A stretch of 64,000 nucleotides of DNA from assembly GCA_002633005.1 (NCBI GenBank), contig NMRA01000001.1:1896938-1960937 (forward strand). Reading direction: 5' to 3'. The position numbers were made by a program, and so were the translations under genes. The stretch is from Phoronis australis (lineage: Eukaryota > Animalia > Phoronida). The notes under the pieces were generated by a model. That model saw only the letters and a list, made by a program, of their open reading frames with translations. It was not told the DNA's origin and ran no database searches. Shown here in pieces: positions 1 to 19,099 of the stretch; position 1 is the first letter of the stretch; the number at the start of each line of letters is the position of its first letter.

Positions 1-537
1 CAACTCCTAAAACAGAAGCGTGCGATTGGAACATGTTATCTGTGCAAGACTCATCATTGCTGTATAGCCACCAAAATTTTTATCGGATTGGCAAACAAAA
101 TCTGAGGTCACATTGGCAACCTACAGGTTGCTAAATCGAGCCTTTGCCTGTAACTAATGATTGTTTTACCTTGCTTTCCTATGTGTACAATACAAGGCAA
201 AAGTATTCACACAAAATTACCCAGAATTCTTTGTCATGATGGCTCAGTATAGTCCTCCTTCTTGACTGAGAATGAAGTGGAAATAACAGGAAACTTAGTA
301 AAGTGGCTAAGCCATTCTATTATTAGAATTTGTTATTACCAATGAATTTTTGCTGTTGGTCATCATGACGGAGAAAACGATATTTTGTCTGATAACTTTG
401 GTGACTGTATGTTCATATTTCGGCATGCGCATAGCTTATTTTTTTGCATCTGAGTATTGACTAAACGTCCCCCACTTGCATAACCAGATGTCCTCTATTG
501 TAGTACCCTGTAGCCTATATTTTAGTAGAAAACATAT

Positions 538-802
538 CTGGAGTCCATTTCATGAAAGTGATTTCAGACTTAAGACAGAGTAATTTTGTCTTACACTCCA
601 CATTTTTGAAAAAGTCTCACTTTAGCAAAAAAGCAAAGTCTCTGAGAATATACACATAATTGTTAATTACTGAGATAAATTCTATAAATTATTTTTAGAC
701 TCTGATGCGCTCGTAGATACAAAACCATCGTTCAGCAATTGCGAAGTAGGAGCATAAGTAAAAAATTAAGTCTTATCATCTCTTTCACGAAACAGAACCT
801 TG
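538..802. mobile_element. Short non-autonomous DNA element (MITE-like), related to a copy at ~15212-15420
   Basis: Imperfect terminal inverted repeats (GGAGTCCATTTCATGAAAG ... CTTTCACGAAACAGAACC). The internal part 661-800 is the reverse complement of 15212-15350 (TTACTGAGATAAATTCTATAAATTATTTTTAGACTC vs GAGTCTAGAAATAATTTATAGATGTTATCTCAGTAA). Confidence 0.55.
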
Positions 803-2771
803 GCAATTCTTTCAGAGCATTACCTAGAAATGAAGCTAAAATAGCTTGGGTGAAGGACTTTTCTTAACCAAAGAAATGGCATTTTTGCGTGCTGTGAACG
901 TGAAATTGGACTGTTTTTCATATCTGTGGACTGTTATTTGAAGGTCACTGTAGATGTGAAATTGATCTAAGTAAGAGGCAACGGGGGTATTGAAGATTTG
1001 GTGGTGACTAGGGTGAGACAAATGGTGCCAATGGGGCGGGGAAAATAGGTGAGGATGGGGGAGGAACATCAATCTTGTTATTCCGTGAAATCTGGTTAAT
1101 ACCATTATGTGAAATTCAGTTACCATTGTCAAGTGTGAGATTTTACTTGTGGTATTCATGAGGTAACCATCCCTTCTCCCCCGTCAAAATTACCCACCTG
1201 ATACTATAAGAACAAAATCTCCTATCCAAGTTTTGGCTATGTCCCTATCTACATCTCCCATAGAGAGTCCTACTAAAAATGTGTCTTAAGTGTTTTAGCA
1301 GTTGCAAGTGCGTGCATTTTGAAGACAGATTTTGTACAGTTACATTGATGACACAAACCACTTTAATTAATGAATGTAAGAAGTTCACATCATTATAACA
1401 TTGATAAACATACCTGAATATTACATTTCAGATAAGAATCTAAGACTTAGCTAAGTCTTAATTTTAGAATTCATATGAACACAGTACAGTAGCAAAATTG
1501 AAGACAGTGAAAGTACTTTCTTGCCTTTATCATAAAGCACATTGAGAGCATTTTTGAGTCAAAACATGCTTTAGAAAATCATTCTGTAATCTGACCTTTT
1601 CTAATTAATTGCAGGATTTCAACTCAATCACAAGATATTTCTCAATTCAAACTCAATGTTGAAACTGATGCTGTGATGGTTAAAAAGTTTTTAAAACTAT
1701 ATCGAGCACTTTTGTGTTCTATGAGTACGTAATCTCTGAAAATAATCAGACAAAATTACCCAAAATTCTTAGTCTTCATAGCTGAGTTCAAGCGAAATTC
1801 CACATCATGATGGCTCAGTGCAAATGAAATTCACCAACAAAGTAGCTCGACTGACTCGTCATGACAGGGAAATGGAATGTTGTTCAATTACTTTTATGTG
1901 TACTGACTTGGAAATCTCATTTCACACAATGGAGAACTTGTTGATTTAATTTAATTGCAATGAGTCAGAAAAACGACTGGTGAAAGAATGCAGGTAAACA
2001 GTACTTCTTCTGTGTTATGGTTACACTACCGTATTGTCGGAATGGAGCCCATAGATGTCACTTTTGGTTCAATATCCCACATCACTCTGTTTTATCTTAC
2101 TTTGAATTTGCTCATTTTTAATAGCCATATTTGACAAATGACGGCAGGTTTGGGATCAAAAAACTGTAACCAAATATCCACTGGAGCATTTTCAAACTGG
2201 CAAGTGTTTTATTAAATGAGACAACTTACGATTTGATCTTAATCCCTTGGTAGCAAAACATATTTGGGATACAAAGTCCTGCAAAAATTTTTTGTGTTTT
2301 CATAGTTTCGAAAGTAGATATCTTTACGAAAAACTACGATCTTCACTTAGGTTTCATACAATGAAAACTCCACTTTGTGTCACTTTTAGTTTGCTACTGA
2401 GCCAGTAGATCTTAATGCTGTTCTAGCAGTAAATTATTTTTGGTTAGAACAATACAAATTCAGAATTCCGAAAAGGGTCATCTGAACATAAACAGGCATA
2501 TTTGCTCACCATTGAGGCTCTCACCTATCATGGACAACTGGCTTCATCTGAATAACCTAGTTTCTTAGACTGCCACTAGGGGTCAGTATGCGGCAAGAAT
2601 TCGGTTGTGGGTATGGCCTAATTTACGAGGCTGATGAATATTCTGAGATAAATTCAGAATTAATCTAACGGAGATCAGTTTAAGTCGCTATGTAAACAAG
2701 AAATCAATTTCAGTGAGTTAGGCTTATGAGAGGGTCAATGGCCAGCTGACGCACTTGACAATTTTTAGTTA

Positions 2772-5135
2772 TCACTGTGTGTCAAGGAAGTCGTATTGGA
2801 AAACCTTGATAATTCCGTTGGTCTGCAGAACTAGTAATTCACCGCAGCTGCTGACTGCCACTGACGCGGGCATATCAATGCCATTCTTCTTGCTCAAGAG
2901 AATTCCCAGAAAGTCTCCAGAGGGCGAAATCTGGTGTATCTCATCTTTGCCCTTATTCACCACGAGTATCCCTCCGAATACGTCTGTGCAGATGCCCCAG
3001 GGATTGCTCAACTGTGCCGCTGCTGACTCTGGCGAGTATGTTCTCACCAGCTTTCCTTTCTTGTCAATCATGTGGATGGAGTCTGTGTTCATGTCTGTGA
3101 TGAGGATGGTGTCTTCATGATTAGTGGAAGCGTAGTTGGGCTGGAACGACTCCATTCCGAGGCTGTGCTTATCCATACGCTGTAGTATGTAACCAGTCAA
3201 GTCACAAACGGTGACCTCCTGACCTTTGAAGTCACAGATGATCAACTCATTTTTGCTGTTGACAGCAATGTGGCCGATGCCCACGAACATATTGGGAAGT
3301 CCTCCTACCAACTTATGATCTCGGTCATAAATATAGATTGACTTGTTGATATTATCTGATATGATCAGTTGGCCGTCGACTGAAAATGCAATATCCAGTG
3401 GTTCCTGTGGCCCGCCTGCTGCACCCACGTCAATCTTGCTCTGTAGCTGTTCACCAGTTGGTGCTATAACTTTTATATTTTTGTTCGTAGAATCCAAGAC
3501 GTAGATTGTGTCGTCTGGTCCAATAGCCATTGATGTAGTATGAATATCTGCAGAATAATCATCCTCCACTCTCAATGTTTTGATCAGTCGGCATCCATAC
3601 TGCATAAGTGTTTCAACCTTCTTGTCAATCTTCAGCATGTACTTGGGACAGAGGTTGACAAAGTTAAAGTAGATCCTCTCGTTAGCAATTGTGGATGTCT
3701 TCGTAGCTAGCTTATTCAATTCATTTTGAATTGCTCGAATACCAACAGTTGGTTCTGATACATTTTCATAATCTTGATCTTCATTGCTATCTTCAAACAA
3801 CGAAAAGGAATGTTTTAGTACAAGTAGTTCAGCCAGTTTTGACTCAGCACTATATAGCGTGTCATCTAGGTTTTTAGCACTTTCACCAAAAACATTCGAC
3901 ACATCTTTCTGCAATTTTGCATGAAGAAATTTTATCCTCCTTTCTTGTTCCTTGGCCCATGTTTCAATTTGTTCCTCAATGGTCTCTCTGTCTTTCTCTA
4001 ACTGCTGCTTTAAGAATTTGGTGTTGTCAGCTTTTTTCGTCAACAGTTTTTGTAGGCATTCAATTTGAGATTTGAAACAATTGTTCCTGTTTCTTACCTC
4101 GTATGTTCTGCTGCTTAGACTATTCTCACTTTCATTGGAACTTCTGCTGAGACGATGATCTTCATTCGATGTTACCTTCGGTTGAATTGGTTCGAGTGTG
4201 TGATTTATGGTCATTTTTGTCCTTCGATGGTACTTGGTACATTCTGTGCAAAGTACATCCTGACATTCTATGCAGAGGTGTGAAGCAGGCGATGCCTTGT
4301 CGTCTGTTAGCCTGCAGACATCACAAAGTAGGTATGTCTCATCAGGATACACATATTCATCGGAAATGTTGTCTATTTCTACTTGGTCGTGCTTTTCATA
4401 ATTTCCACCTGCTCCATCACTCACATCGCTGTCTTCCCTCCTTGGCATAGTTGCCTGCTCTCCACCATCATTGCTGTCATTGTCCTTTAAGTTTTTAGGC
4501 TTTGGTCTAACTATAGTTAGTGTGGTTGAGTCATCAGGCAATTCACTGTTGCTATCACCACCAAGTGTGCTGACTTTTTCATCACTGTTGTCTCCATCCC
4601 ATGTTGTTTGATCACCATCTCCACCATCTTTTACAATACGTACATTTTCTTTACTACTTCGAAATGGCCTGGTTTCCATTTTTTTCGCACATGCCTGCTC
4701 ATGTAACTGCTCTACTGGCTCTGAGCTATCACTTTTTGTACGGTGAGACCTTGAGCAACAGTTTTCGTATTGCGGCAACCCATTGGGCTCGCTCAGACTT
4801 GCTGTAGGTCCTTTTCTTTTTTTGATCGTTTTGAATTTGACCACGGTCTGATACTTCTTGTAACAAACGGGGCACTTCTTAAACGATGAGAGTCCACTCT
4901 TATTTTGCTCCAAGTTATCCTGAAAACACTGCTTGCATGCCACTATGCTATGGCCGCATTTCAACTCACAATTCGAATTGTTCCAAGCATCCATTTGTGT
5001 GTAGGGGCAAATCATGCACATGGCTGTCTCCATTTTGCCTGTCATGATATGTCTGCCAAAAAACACTTGGCTGTCTATCTTTTCATCCCATACTCGGCTG
5101 TTCCACACATCATAAGGGGGCAATTTGGAAAACAT
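2772..5135 (-). CDS. TRIM-NHL-like protein (RING, B-box, coiled coil, NHL repeats), single coding exon, 787 aa
   Basis: Uninterrupted ORF. It has a RING (CMIC...CGHSIVACKQC...CPVC), an acidic low-complexity linker, a B-box type 1 (CDVC...ASHLCIECQDVLCTECTKYHRRTKMTINH), a coiled-coil region and C-terminal NHL repeats (PQEPLDIAFSVDGQLIISD, LSNPWGICTDVFGGILVVN, GIDMPASVAVSSCGELLV). Confidence 0.9.
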   Translation of the reverse strand: MFSKLPPYDVWNSRVWDEKIDSQVFFGRHIMTGKMETAMCMICPYTQMDAWNNSNCELKCGHSIVACKQCFQDNLEQNKSGLSSFKKCPVCYKKYQTVVKFKTIKKRKGPTASLSEPNGLPQYENCCSRSHRTKSDSSEPVEQLHEQACAKKMETRPFRSSKENVRIVKDGGDGDQTTWDGDNSDEKVSTLGGDSNSELPDDSTTLTIVRPKPKNLKDNDSNDGGEQATMPRREDSDVSDGAGGNYEKHDQVEIDNISDEYVYPDETYLLCDVCRLTDDKASPASHLCIECQDVLCTECTKYHRRTKMTINHTLEPIQPKVTSNEDHRLSRSSNESENSLSSRTYEVRNRNNCFKSQIECLQKLLTKKADNTKFLKQQLEKDRETIEEQIETWAKEQERRIKFLHAKLQKDVSNVFGESAKNLDDTLYSAESKLAELLVLKHSFSLFEDSNEDQDYENVSEPTVGIRAIQNELNKLATKTSTIANERIYFNFVNLCPKYMLKIDKKVETLMQYGCRLIKTLRVEDDYSADIHTTSMAIGPDDTIYVLDSTNKNIKVIAPTGEQLQSKIDVGAAGGPQEPLDIAFSVDGQLIISDNINKSIYIYDRDHKLVGGLPNMFVGIGHIAVNSKNELIICDFKGQEVTVCDLTGYILQRMDKHSLGMESFQPNYASTNHEDTILITDMNTDSIHMIDKKGKLVRTYSPESAAAQLSNPWGICTDVFGGILVVNKGKDEIHQISPSGDFLGILLSKKNGIDMPASVAVSSCGELLVLQTNGIIKVFQYDFLDTQ

Positions 5136-5911
5136 CAGATTTGCACTTTTACCAACCTAGGCACTTACAAATTTTTTTTTTTTTACTTCCATAACTTGTT
5201 TAAACTTAGTATCTGACACTTTGACATTATAGTGTGTGCTTTATGTGAAATTGTAATTCTGTTTCAGCAGTTTCCATTGTTCATTTTTTAATACAGGGTT
5301 TCTCATTTCCTTGTCAAAATCAAAGTAAACATGGGGCACTGGTATTGTGACCTGAATTTGAAGTGACCTGAGTAGAGGTCTGTGGCCCTGTGTTGCAATA
5401 AACAAGAAGATGTCAAATGCTAGAAATGTTAAATATTTTTTCCAGTTTGAATCTTGGAAGTAGCAGACGCTGAAAATGTGTTTCATCAGTTTGACTTCAG
5501 GAGTTTGACTATTCCTTCTGGTCTTTATAAGTCCTAGGGTTTCCGCTTACGCTCATTGTTGTATCACAAAAGGTACCTGGAATTCACATTTTTTAACGCA
5601 GTACTATGTCATATTTATTCACTATTGTTCAGGTGTATTATTTGCAATGAGGCATGTTTGCTATAGTTGTGCTGTGCAGGATGTCATTGATAATTGTCTG
5701 ACCGTGATAGAAACATGAGATTATCGAGTCACAGTTTAACCACCGAGACATGATTAAACTTTATTTAAACATGGGCCAGAAATTTATTTATCAGCATCAA
5801 CTTAGAAAATCCTTCAGTTTCTTGGTCTTATTATTTGTTAAGAGGCAATCTACGTAATAACCAGTAGGTTATAAAAAATCAGTCTGTGGATTAAAATTCA
5901 AAATGTATAGG

Positions 5912-6385
5912 CAGGCCTTTATCTAGGATTTTGAAAATAGGGTGTCCAAAATGGGGTTCCCAATATTCCAGGGCGTCCATGATTCCGACGCGTAATCCCC
6001 CACCCCCAGCAATCCCCCCAAACACACAGATTTTTTTACAAAAAATACATAGACCAAGCTGTTTTTACATCTAAGTTTACAAAAGTGAGCATTTTTACTA
6101 AAAAAAACTGTAGACCAAGACTTTTACAATGCTATCAACCAAGTGTGAGCATAGGAACATTTTATATACTTTGTTTATACATTGTATATTCCTGCTTTGA
6201 AAAAAGCCCCCACTGTGAGCCTTCAGAGGCTTCCTACTATTCATTACAATGTGTGTGTCCAAACTTGAAAGGTTCCTATTGACAGTGGGCGTCCAAATGA
6301 TACATTGGGCGTCCTTGCCAGAGCGTCCAGATTAGTGCTAGGGTGTCCATTTGGACGCCCATGACCTCCGCTGCATAAAGGGCTG
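5912..6385 (+). mobile_element. Non-autonomous hAT element (MITE) with 8-bp TSD
   Basis: TIRs CAGGCCTTTATCTAG / CTGCATAAAGGGCTG. Perfect 8-bp TSD TGTATAGG at 5904-5911 and 6386-6393. Subterminal G(C/T)GTCC repeats. A second family member lies at 28396-28632. Confidence 0.85.
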
Positions 6386-6484
6386 TGTATAGGTATCCTA
6401 ACAAAAATCTAAATGTCACATTTTGTGCACTCTATGGCACCCCCCATCCCCAGTTGGTAGGTGTGGGGCGGGGGTGGGTGGTGG

Positions 6485-6959
6485 NNNNNNNNNNNNNNNN
6501 NNNNNNNNNNNNNNNNNNNNNNNNNNNNNNNNNNNNNNNNNNNNNNNNNNNNNNNNNNNNNNNNNNNNNNNNNNNNNNNNNNNNNNNNNNNNNNNNNNNN
6601 NNNNNNNNNNNNNNNNNNNNNNNNNNNNNNNNNNNNNNNNNNNNNNNNNNNNNNNNNNNNNNNNNNNNNNNNNNNNNNNNNNNNNNNNNNNNNNNNNNNN
6701 NNNNNNNNNNNNNNNNNNNNNNNNNNNNNNNNNNNNNNNNNNNNNNNNNNNNNNNNNNNNNNNNNNNNNNNNNNNNNNNNNNNNNNNNNNNNNNNNNNNN
6801 NNNNNNNNNNNNNNNNNNNNNNNNNNNNNNNNNNNNNNNNNNNNNNNNNNNNNNNNNNNNNNNNNNNNNNNNNNNNNNNNNNNNNNNNNNNNNNNNNNNN
6901 NNNNNNNNNNNNNNNNNNNNNNNNNNNNNNNNNNNNNNNNNNNNNNNNNNNNNNNNNNN
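6485..6959. other. Assembly gap (N run) flanked by G-rich sequence
   Basis: Run of N. Confidence 1.
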
Positions 6960-7607
6960 GCAGGGGTGGTGGTGGGGGCAGGGGCAGGGGTGGTAGTGGT
7001 GAATGAAGATGTCAGAAATGAGTAAGAAATAGACTATAGAAGGTAAAGCAACAAAAGTGCAGCAAAATTAGTGAACTTAGGAACAGCGTCAACAGAAATT
7101 AAAGAATGAGTCTATGTCTTACTGCTGTGTGAATTGTATTGTATTAACAGTGATCATGTATGCGTGCCATAGTGTTAATATTGTCATTTTGTGGTGACGC
7201 ACAAGATAATTCAATGGGATTTATATGAAGGTAAGAAAAACGCAGAAAATATGCTTTTGTTGTTTGAGATCTGCATTTCTGTTGATAGTAAGCCACGGGT
7301 CCGCGAAATTGGCCTCGTTGACTGAGAGCTGAGTTTTAAATAAGCGCTGTTCTTGAATAAGTGCTGGGTCAAAAATGCCCTTGGAATATTAGCGCCCACA
7401 ACATTACAATATTAACAAAAATTTTATGACTACTTTTCAAGTGTTCTGGAAACAGAAAGGTAGAATAAACAGTTAGCATCTTGGGTTTGTGATTTCAGGT
7501 ATAATCTTTGCTCCAAAGAGTTTATTTGAGTTTTGGTTTTCCTCCTGATCAGGGTTGCATAGCAACCTTACTATGGTTAGATCTGAGTGGGTGTCTGACA
7601 GTCTGAG

Positions 7608-8220
7608 CAATACTCGATGCTTAGTTAAATGCCCAGTCGCATTTGGCGACCTGCCAAAAATACCAGGTTGTCAAACGAAATCTGAGGTCGCCAAAACTGA
7701 AAATCTCCAGCCTTGACAAATTCTGAAGTTCCGAAATTCTAGGATTCCTATTCAGGTGTTTGGCGAAAACTTTTGTCAAAAAACCAGCAGACGACCCATT
7801 CTCCTTTCGCCTTTCCTAATTCCACCTGTAAATCATTCTCTTAGTCCATTATTCTTCCAGCCGCCTTCAGGCGAAAAGCGCAGGATGCAGATGACCGCAT
7901 GGACCGATGCCGCGAATTTCAGCAATCTTGCCCGATTTATTGCCAAACAACTTCGGCTTCTGTCTGTTTACCTCCTGTTGTAATTTAAACGTGGTGGCAA
8001 ATGTGCTGAAGAAATGGAACAATTGTGAATCAATGATAATAAATCTAGGAAAACTGTTAGTAATTTGAAATTTGGAAGTCAACACGTACCTTGAAATGAA
8101 TTTAGGGGGAATTATTGTCTGACTTTGATACTCGCAGTAGCAACTTCTTGGCGACTTGGAGTTTTTCTCAGGTCTCCAAACACATTCTAAGGTCGCATCG
8201 CATGAATCAAAAATCTAACA
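7608..8220 (+). mobile_element. Degraded DNA-transposon relic related to the 24299-26677 family
   Basis: Shares GGTCGC/GCGACC subterminal motifs and a CTCGA-type end with the 24.3-26.7 kb element. A similar end fragment lies at ~95-145 (AAATCTGAGGTCAC...ATCGAGCCTTTG). Confidence 0.4.
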
Positions 8221-9262
8221 CCACCTACAGTTCACTCCTGTAAAGTAGATGGAAATTTAAGGCAGTGCGGTATTTCAAAGCGATGCTATGAATTATTTAT
8301 AGTTACCATACTGTCAAATTACTAATTTTGATCTGCAGGATATACCAATGATTCATGCAAGAAATCTATTGTAAATTATCTGTGAATGAGAGAAATCATG
8401 TTTTGTTTTGGTTTTGTTTTGCTTATCACCAAAATTTGAAATTGTGTCATGTTAGACTCACTTTCATGCTCTCTGACTACAATGCAATCAAATGGCCGTA
8501 ATGCAATCTTAGGGACATCAGGGATATATATGGATATGATATTATCAGCCGTTTGAGTTAGGCTTGTCCTGAAAAAGACCGAAAAAGTGAAAAAGATATC
8601 TTGATTCGTTCAGCAACTCTTATCCGAATATCATCAGCTTATTAATGTGTGTGGGTGTGAAACCCCATGTAATCTGTGGAACGAAGAATGGGGGTTTGCT
8701 GAGGAATTTGGATCATACTCCGTAGTTAATGCTGGCTATTCAGGGACGGTCTATTACCACGAAATTACATTACGCAACACTAAAGAATTGTGTGTTGAAT
8801 GTTTCTTGTGTATGCAAATCTTACATGTTACAGGTTTTACAACATTTGTATCAACATTTGTTGTGCCTTTTCTAGTTAAACAAGGTTTGAATCATTTCAT
8901 TCTGTCTCTCGGTATGCAATACAGTGATACTTAGATCATGTAAAGATTTTGGAAGTCCTCCAGATTCGGACACCATGAAATTCTTGTAGGACAAAGTTCA
9001 TTCAAAAAGGGGTTGTACTGCCATAGACCACTTGCAGGATTCACCAACAGATAAGGGGAAGTGGAACAAAATGGCCGTTTCGTTGCATAACTTTGTCTTG
9101 CAGTGGAAAACCAGCATGATCAGCCCTGGCAAAGGCTCACTCAGGTGAATTCCTGTTAATTGTCTAGTAGCAAATTATCACCATGAGTTCCAGGCATCTG
9201 AAACAACAATCCACCTTGCTTATCTTGCAACAAAATCTGTTATTTTCTTTGTCCAAAAATGA

Positions 9263-15821
<6,559 letters not shown>

Positions 15822-16438
15822 TGGGAATGCTTGTGCCTTGTACGGCGTTACGTGATGGCAACGGAACAATACTGTTATAAATTATGGTAGAAACAAAAGC
15901 AGTAATGTGCTTCACTAAGGGTTGATGCGAAGGGGGATATGTGTGTACGAACGAAAGTTTTGTGGTTATTTAGTACTCAACTTAGAAATCATTCATGGTA
16001 TGTCTTGTTGACATATCAAATTTAAGTTATATGAGTATTGCCTTGGTACACCCAGTTTCTCACAATGGCGAGTTTTGAATTTTTTATTTAATTTTTTGGC
16101 GGCCACAAAATCCCTAGTCATGAAATGCAAGTTAACACTTGTTTTCTATGGTGAAACTGTGGTCACAATGGAGCTCATAGGTATTATTTTTGCTTAATAA
16201 ACTGCCTTTACACTTTTATCTGAACTATGAAGACTCAATTTTTGATCTGAAAAAGCAACACTCAGATTAACTTTAAAATAGGAAAGGTTATTCATTGTCA
16301 AGTGTTTTGGAAGGCTTAATAATGAAGATTAATGATGCGACTGTCGTTTTAAATTACTGTACATATTGGTGATACTGTGTATGTCTGATTAGTTAAGCAA
16401 CAGTCATGTCTTTAATTACTTGGTTTGTGTCATAATGT

Positions 16439-16676
16439 AGAAAATAAATCTGAAACTAAGAAGGCGATCCAGATCCTCCCAAAGATACTATTGTTTCACG
16501 AAATATAGAATATAAATTGGTAAATAAAACAACAAGAACGGATCAACTGAAATTTGAAATTTTCGGATGTAATAACTTCCTTTGTTTCTGTTTCTGTTGA
16601 CAAAGGAAGTTATTACATCCGAAAATTTCAAATTTCAGTTGATCCGTTCTTGTTGTTTTATTTACCGATTTATATT
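16439..16676. mobile_element. Penelope-like element 3'/pLTR fragment with an inverted partial copy (hairpin) and ~20-bp TSD
   Basis: 16439-16585 matches 58032-58177. 16600-16678 is the reverse complement of ~16507-16585. Flanked by the direct repeat CTTGGTTTGTGTCA(T/C)AATGT (16419-16438, 16677-16696). Confidence 0.85.
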
Positions 16677-17024
16677 CTTGGTTTGTGTCACAATGTTTAT
16701 TCTTTGCATTTGAAATTTAATATTCATGACATTTTAGATATTGAGTCAGTTTGATCTTTGAGGTGTAGATCAAAAGCTGCAGTTACCAACTGGATGTGAT
16801 TTTCTTCTCCCATTTTCGCATATTGCTTTTATTGTGGTCAAATTGATTATTTATTTTAATTAATTAGCTTTGATCCATTAAACGAACTGGAGTGTTATTT
16901 GTAACTTCGATTTTGTTTTATGCCAACCTTAAATGTGAAACTTAAATTATGTCTTATTCATTGGAAAGTTTCTACTTCAGGTAGTCAGTCAAATGCAGGT
17001 TATCAGTAATTTTGTCTTGATTTT

Positions 17025-17669
17025 TGTAACAGGAGTGCCCCTGGACATGATTATGTAAGATATATGCGCCCTCTAGTGGTCAAGCTGTGTATTACGTATG
17101 GAATTTTCCTATGTTGTTGAGTCCTTTGGACGTGGCCAAATATGGTCAGATCCTAGGAGCTATGGGCCTTGCCCTTCAGATCGTGTCTGATTGGTTGAAA
17201 TTGTGTACTTAAGCTTTGTCTCTGTCAGACAGGAAGAGTCCAGTCGCAGAGTTCCAGAAGCAAACATTTACACCTTCACTCACACCAAATTGCAACTGTT
17301 TGTGCAGCTTTCGGGCTCCTCCCGAACTTGGCTGCCAAAAGTTTAGCCCCAGCAATTCTCGGGCTCCTCCTGAGCTTGATTGCATCTCACCTTTCGGATC
17401 TGAATAACCAAATTGCCCCGTTCTTGCACACACAACTATTAATCAGCGACTGGCTTGCCCGTGTATCAGAACTGTATAAATCACAACGCTGCGATACTAA
17501 ATCATATGGAACAACTGGATTGCTTGTAAGTGTGGAATATTGTAGTTATTTATTCTTACAATAAACCTATGTATTATTCACCAACTTTTAGTTTTCAATA
17601 TCACCCTCAGTCCGCACCGGGCTCGTAAAATCGGTGCGCCTTGGTCGTATAGATACCGCCCCCGTTACA
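17025..17669 (+). mobile_element. Solo LTR (probably Ty3/Gypsy type)
   Basis: TGTAAC...GTTACA termini with TTTT on both flanks (4-bp TSD). Contains ATTGG, TATAAA (~17475) and AATAAA (~17560), plus a duplicated TCGGGCTCCTCC(C/T)GA(A/G)CTTG motif. Confidence 0.8.
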
Positions 17670-19099
17670 TTTTGAAGGTCTTATTGCTGCATGTGCTTAT
17701 CTAGTTCAAATAAAGTTTGAGGTGATATGATGCAACTTCAATTTAGAATCTCATTGTTATGTTTCAAGTGAATTTTCTTTACACATAAAACAGTGAATTA
17801 AAATGCTAGATACATAACAAGTCGGAAGTATTCAAACAAAATGCTGCAGAATTCTCTATTAATACGGCTGAGGGAAGCCGAATTCACCATCAGAGTAGTG
17901 TTCTCTCATGACCCGAGAATGAAGGGGAGGAACTCTAGGGTGGCTAAGACTTTCTACAATAAGAAGTTTGCTCGGCCACCTTGATGGTCATTACCAGTCA
18001 TTTTGGCTGTTAACAGAATCAGCCATCATGACAGAGAAACTTTATTTTGTCTGGTTATTTTTGTCTTGTATTGTGCTCTGTAAACGGAGCACGGTTCACA
18101 GCTCGAGTAGTGTATTTGAATGCTGTTGGCAGAATAGCTTCCAAATTTTCCTGCTTGACACCTTTTTCAAGACACAAGGCAAACTAAAAGGTATGGTAAA
18201 ATCTCACTTAATTAGGACACAGTATGTCAGATGAAATTTTATTTTCTCATTTTTCACATATGATATACAGTACGAGAATGATACTTTGCCATATCTAATT
18301 CTGTACAATCATCAGACAATATTTTGAAAGCTGTGGGCATTCATAATAATGTTAGAAGCCCTTGAAAATGAAAGTGAAATTGTGGCCATTATTTTTCTCC
18401 AAAATCGGTGAGACTTTACCCCCATCTGAACATAATGCAGAACTCAGTGAACCATGGTGCTCCAGGAATACTCAACTATGTATGTTCAATGTGGTGTTCC
18501 TCTGGAAAAAGGGGATACTTGCCCTTAAGAGACTTGGTTAAATGAAAACTTCAGGAGTTAATCTTTGACCCCAAGAGGTCGATGATGTGTCAAAGTTGAA
18601 ATGTTATTTTTTATAAAGTTTGGGCTTCATGGGATTGCACAAATTTGATAGTATAGTGAAATACCCATAGTTAGCTTATTAATGACAATTATTAGCAACA
18701 CACATGAAAATCAGCTAATTTTTAGGGTCAAGTGAACTCCCAAAATGGGTCCATTTAGGCAAAAAAATGAAAGTTATAGGACAGTCAAATATGGGTCCTG
18801 AAACTAAAGGGAATGGGCTTTTATGAGATGAGACCAGAATTGTGTATGTAGCCACAATTTTAATTTTTTGTCTCCAGGTTGACCTTTCATGGAATTGCCA
18901 TATGGTTTTCCCAAATGCACAAAAATGGTGATTTATTAAATTTCTAACTGAATGTTGAATAAATTTCCCTTTTCTCCAAGCTCAACCGCAGTTGGGCACA
19001 TTGCTCGGCCCTGGAAAAAGTTTCAATTGGGACAGTCACACCTCCAAATTCCGTGATGATGTTACACTTCTCTTCTCAAACGACTAGTCTCTAATTGCT

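Noticed and set aside
6385-7025. Long ORFs containing X runs (also 19613-20403 and 50007-50996)
   Set aside because: Artefacts of translating through N gaps.
7151-7230. Candidate upstream TSTD2 exon (AG...GAAG|GTAAGA)
   Set aside because: The frames I translated contain stops and show no similarity to the expected VLLYYCY...LTGK segment.
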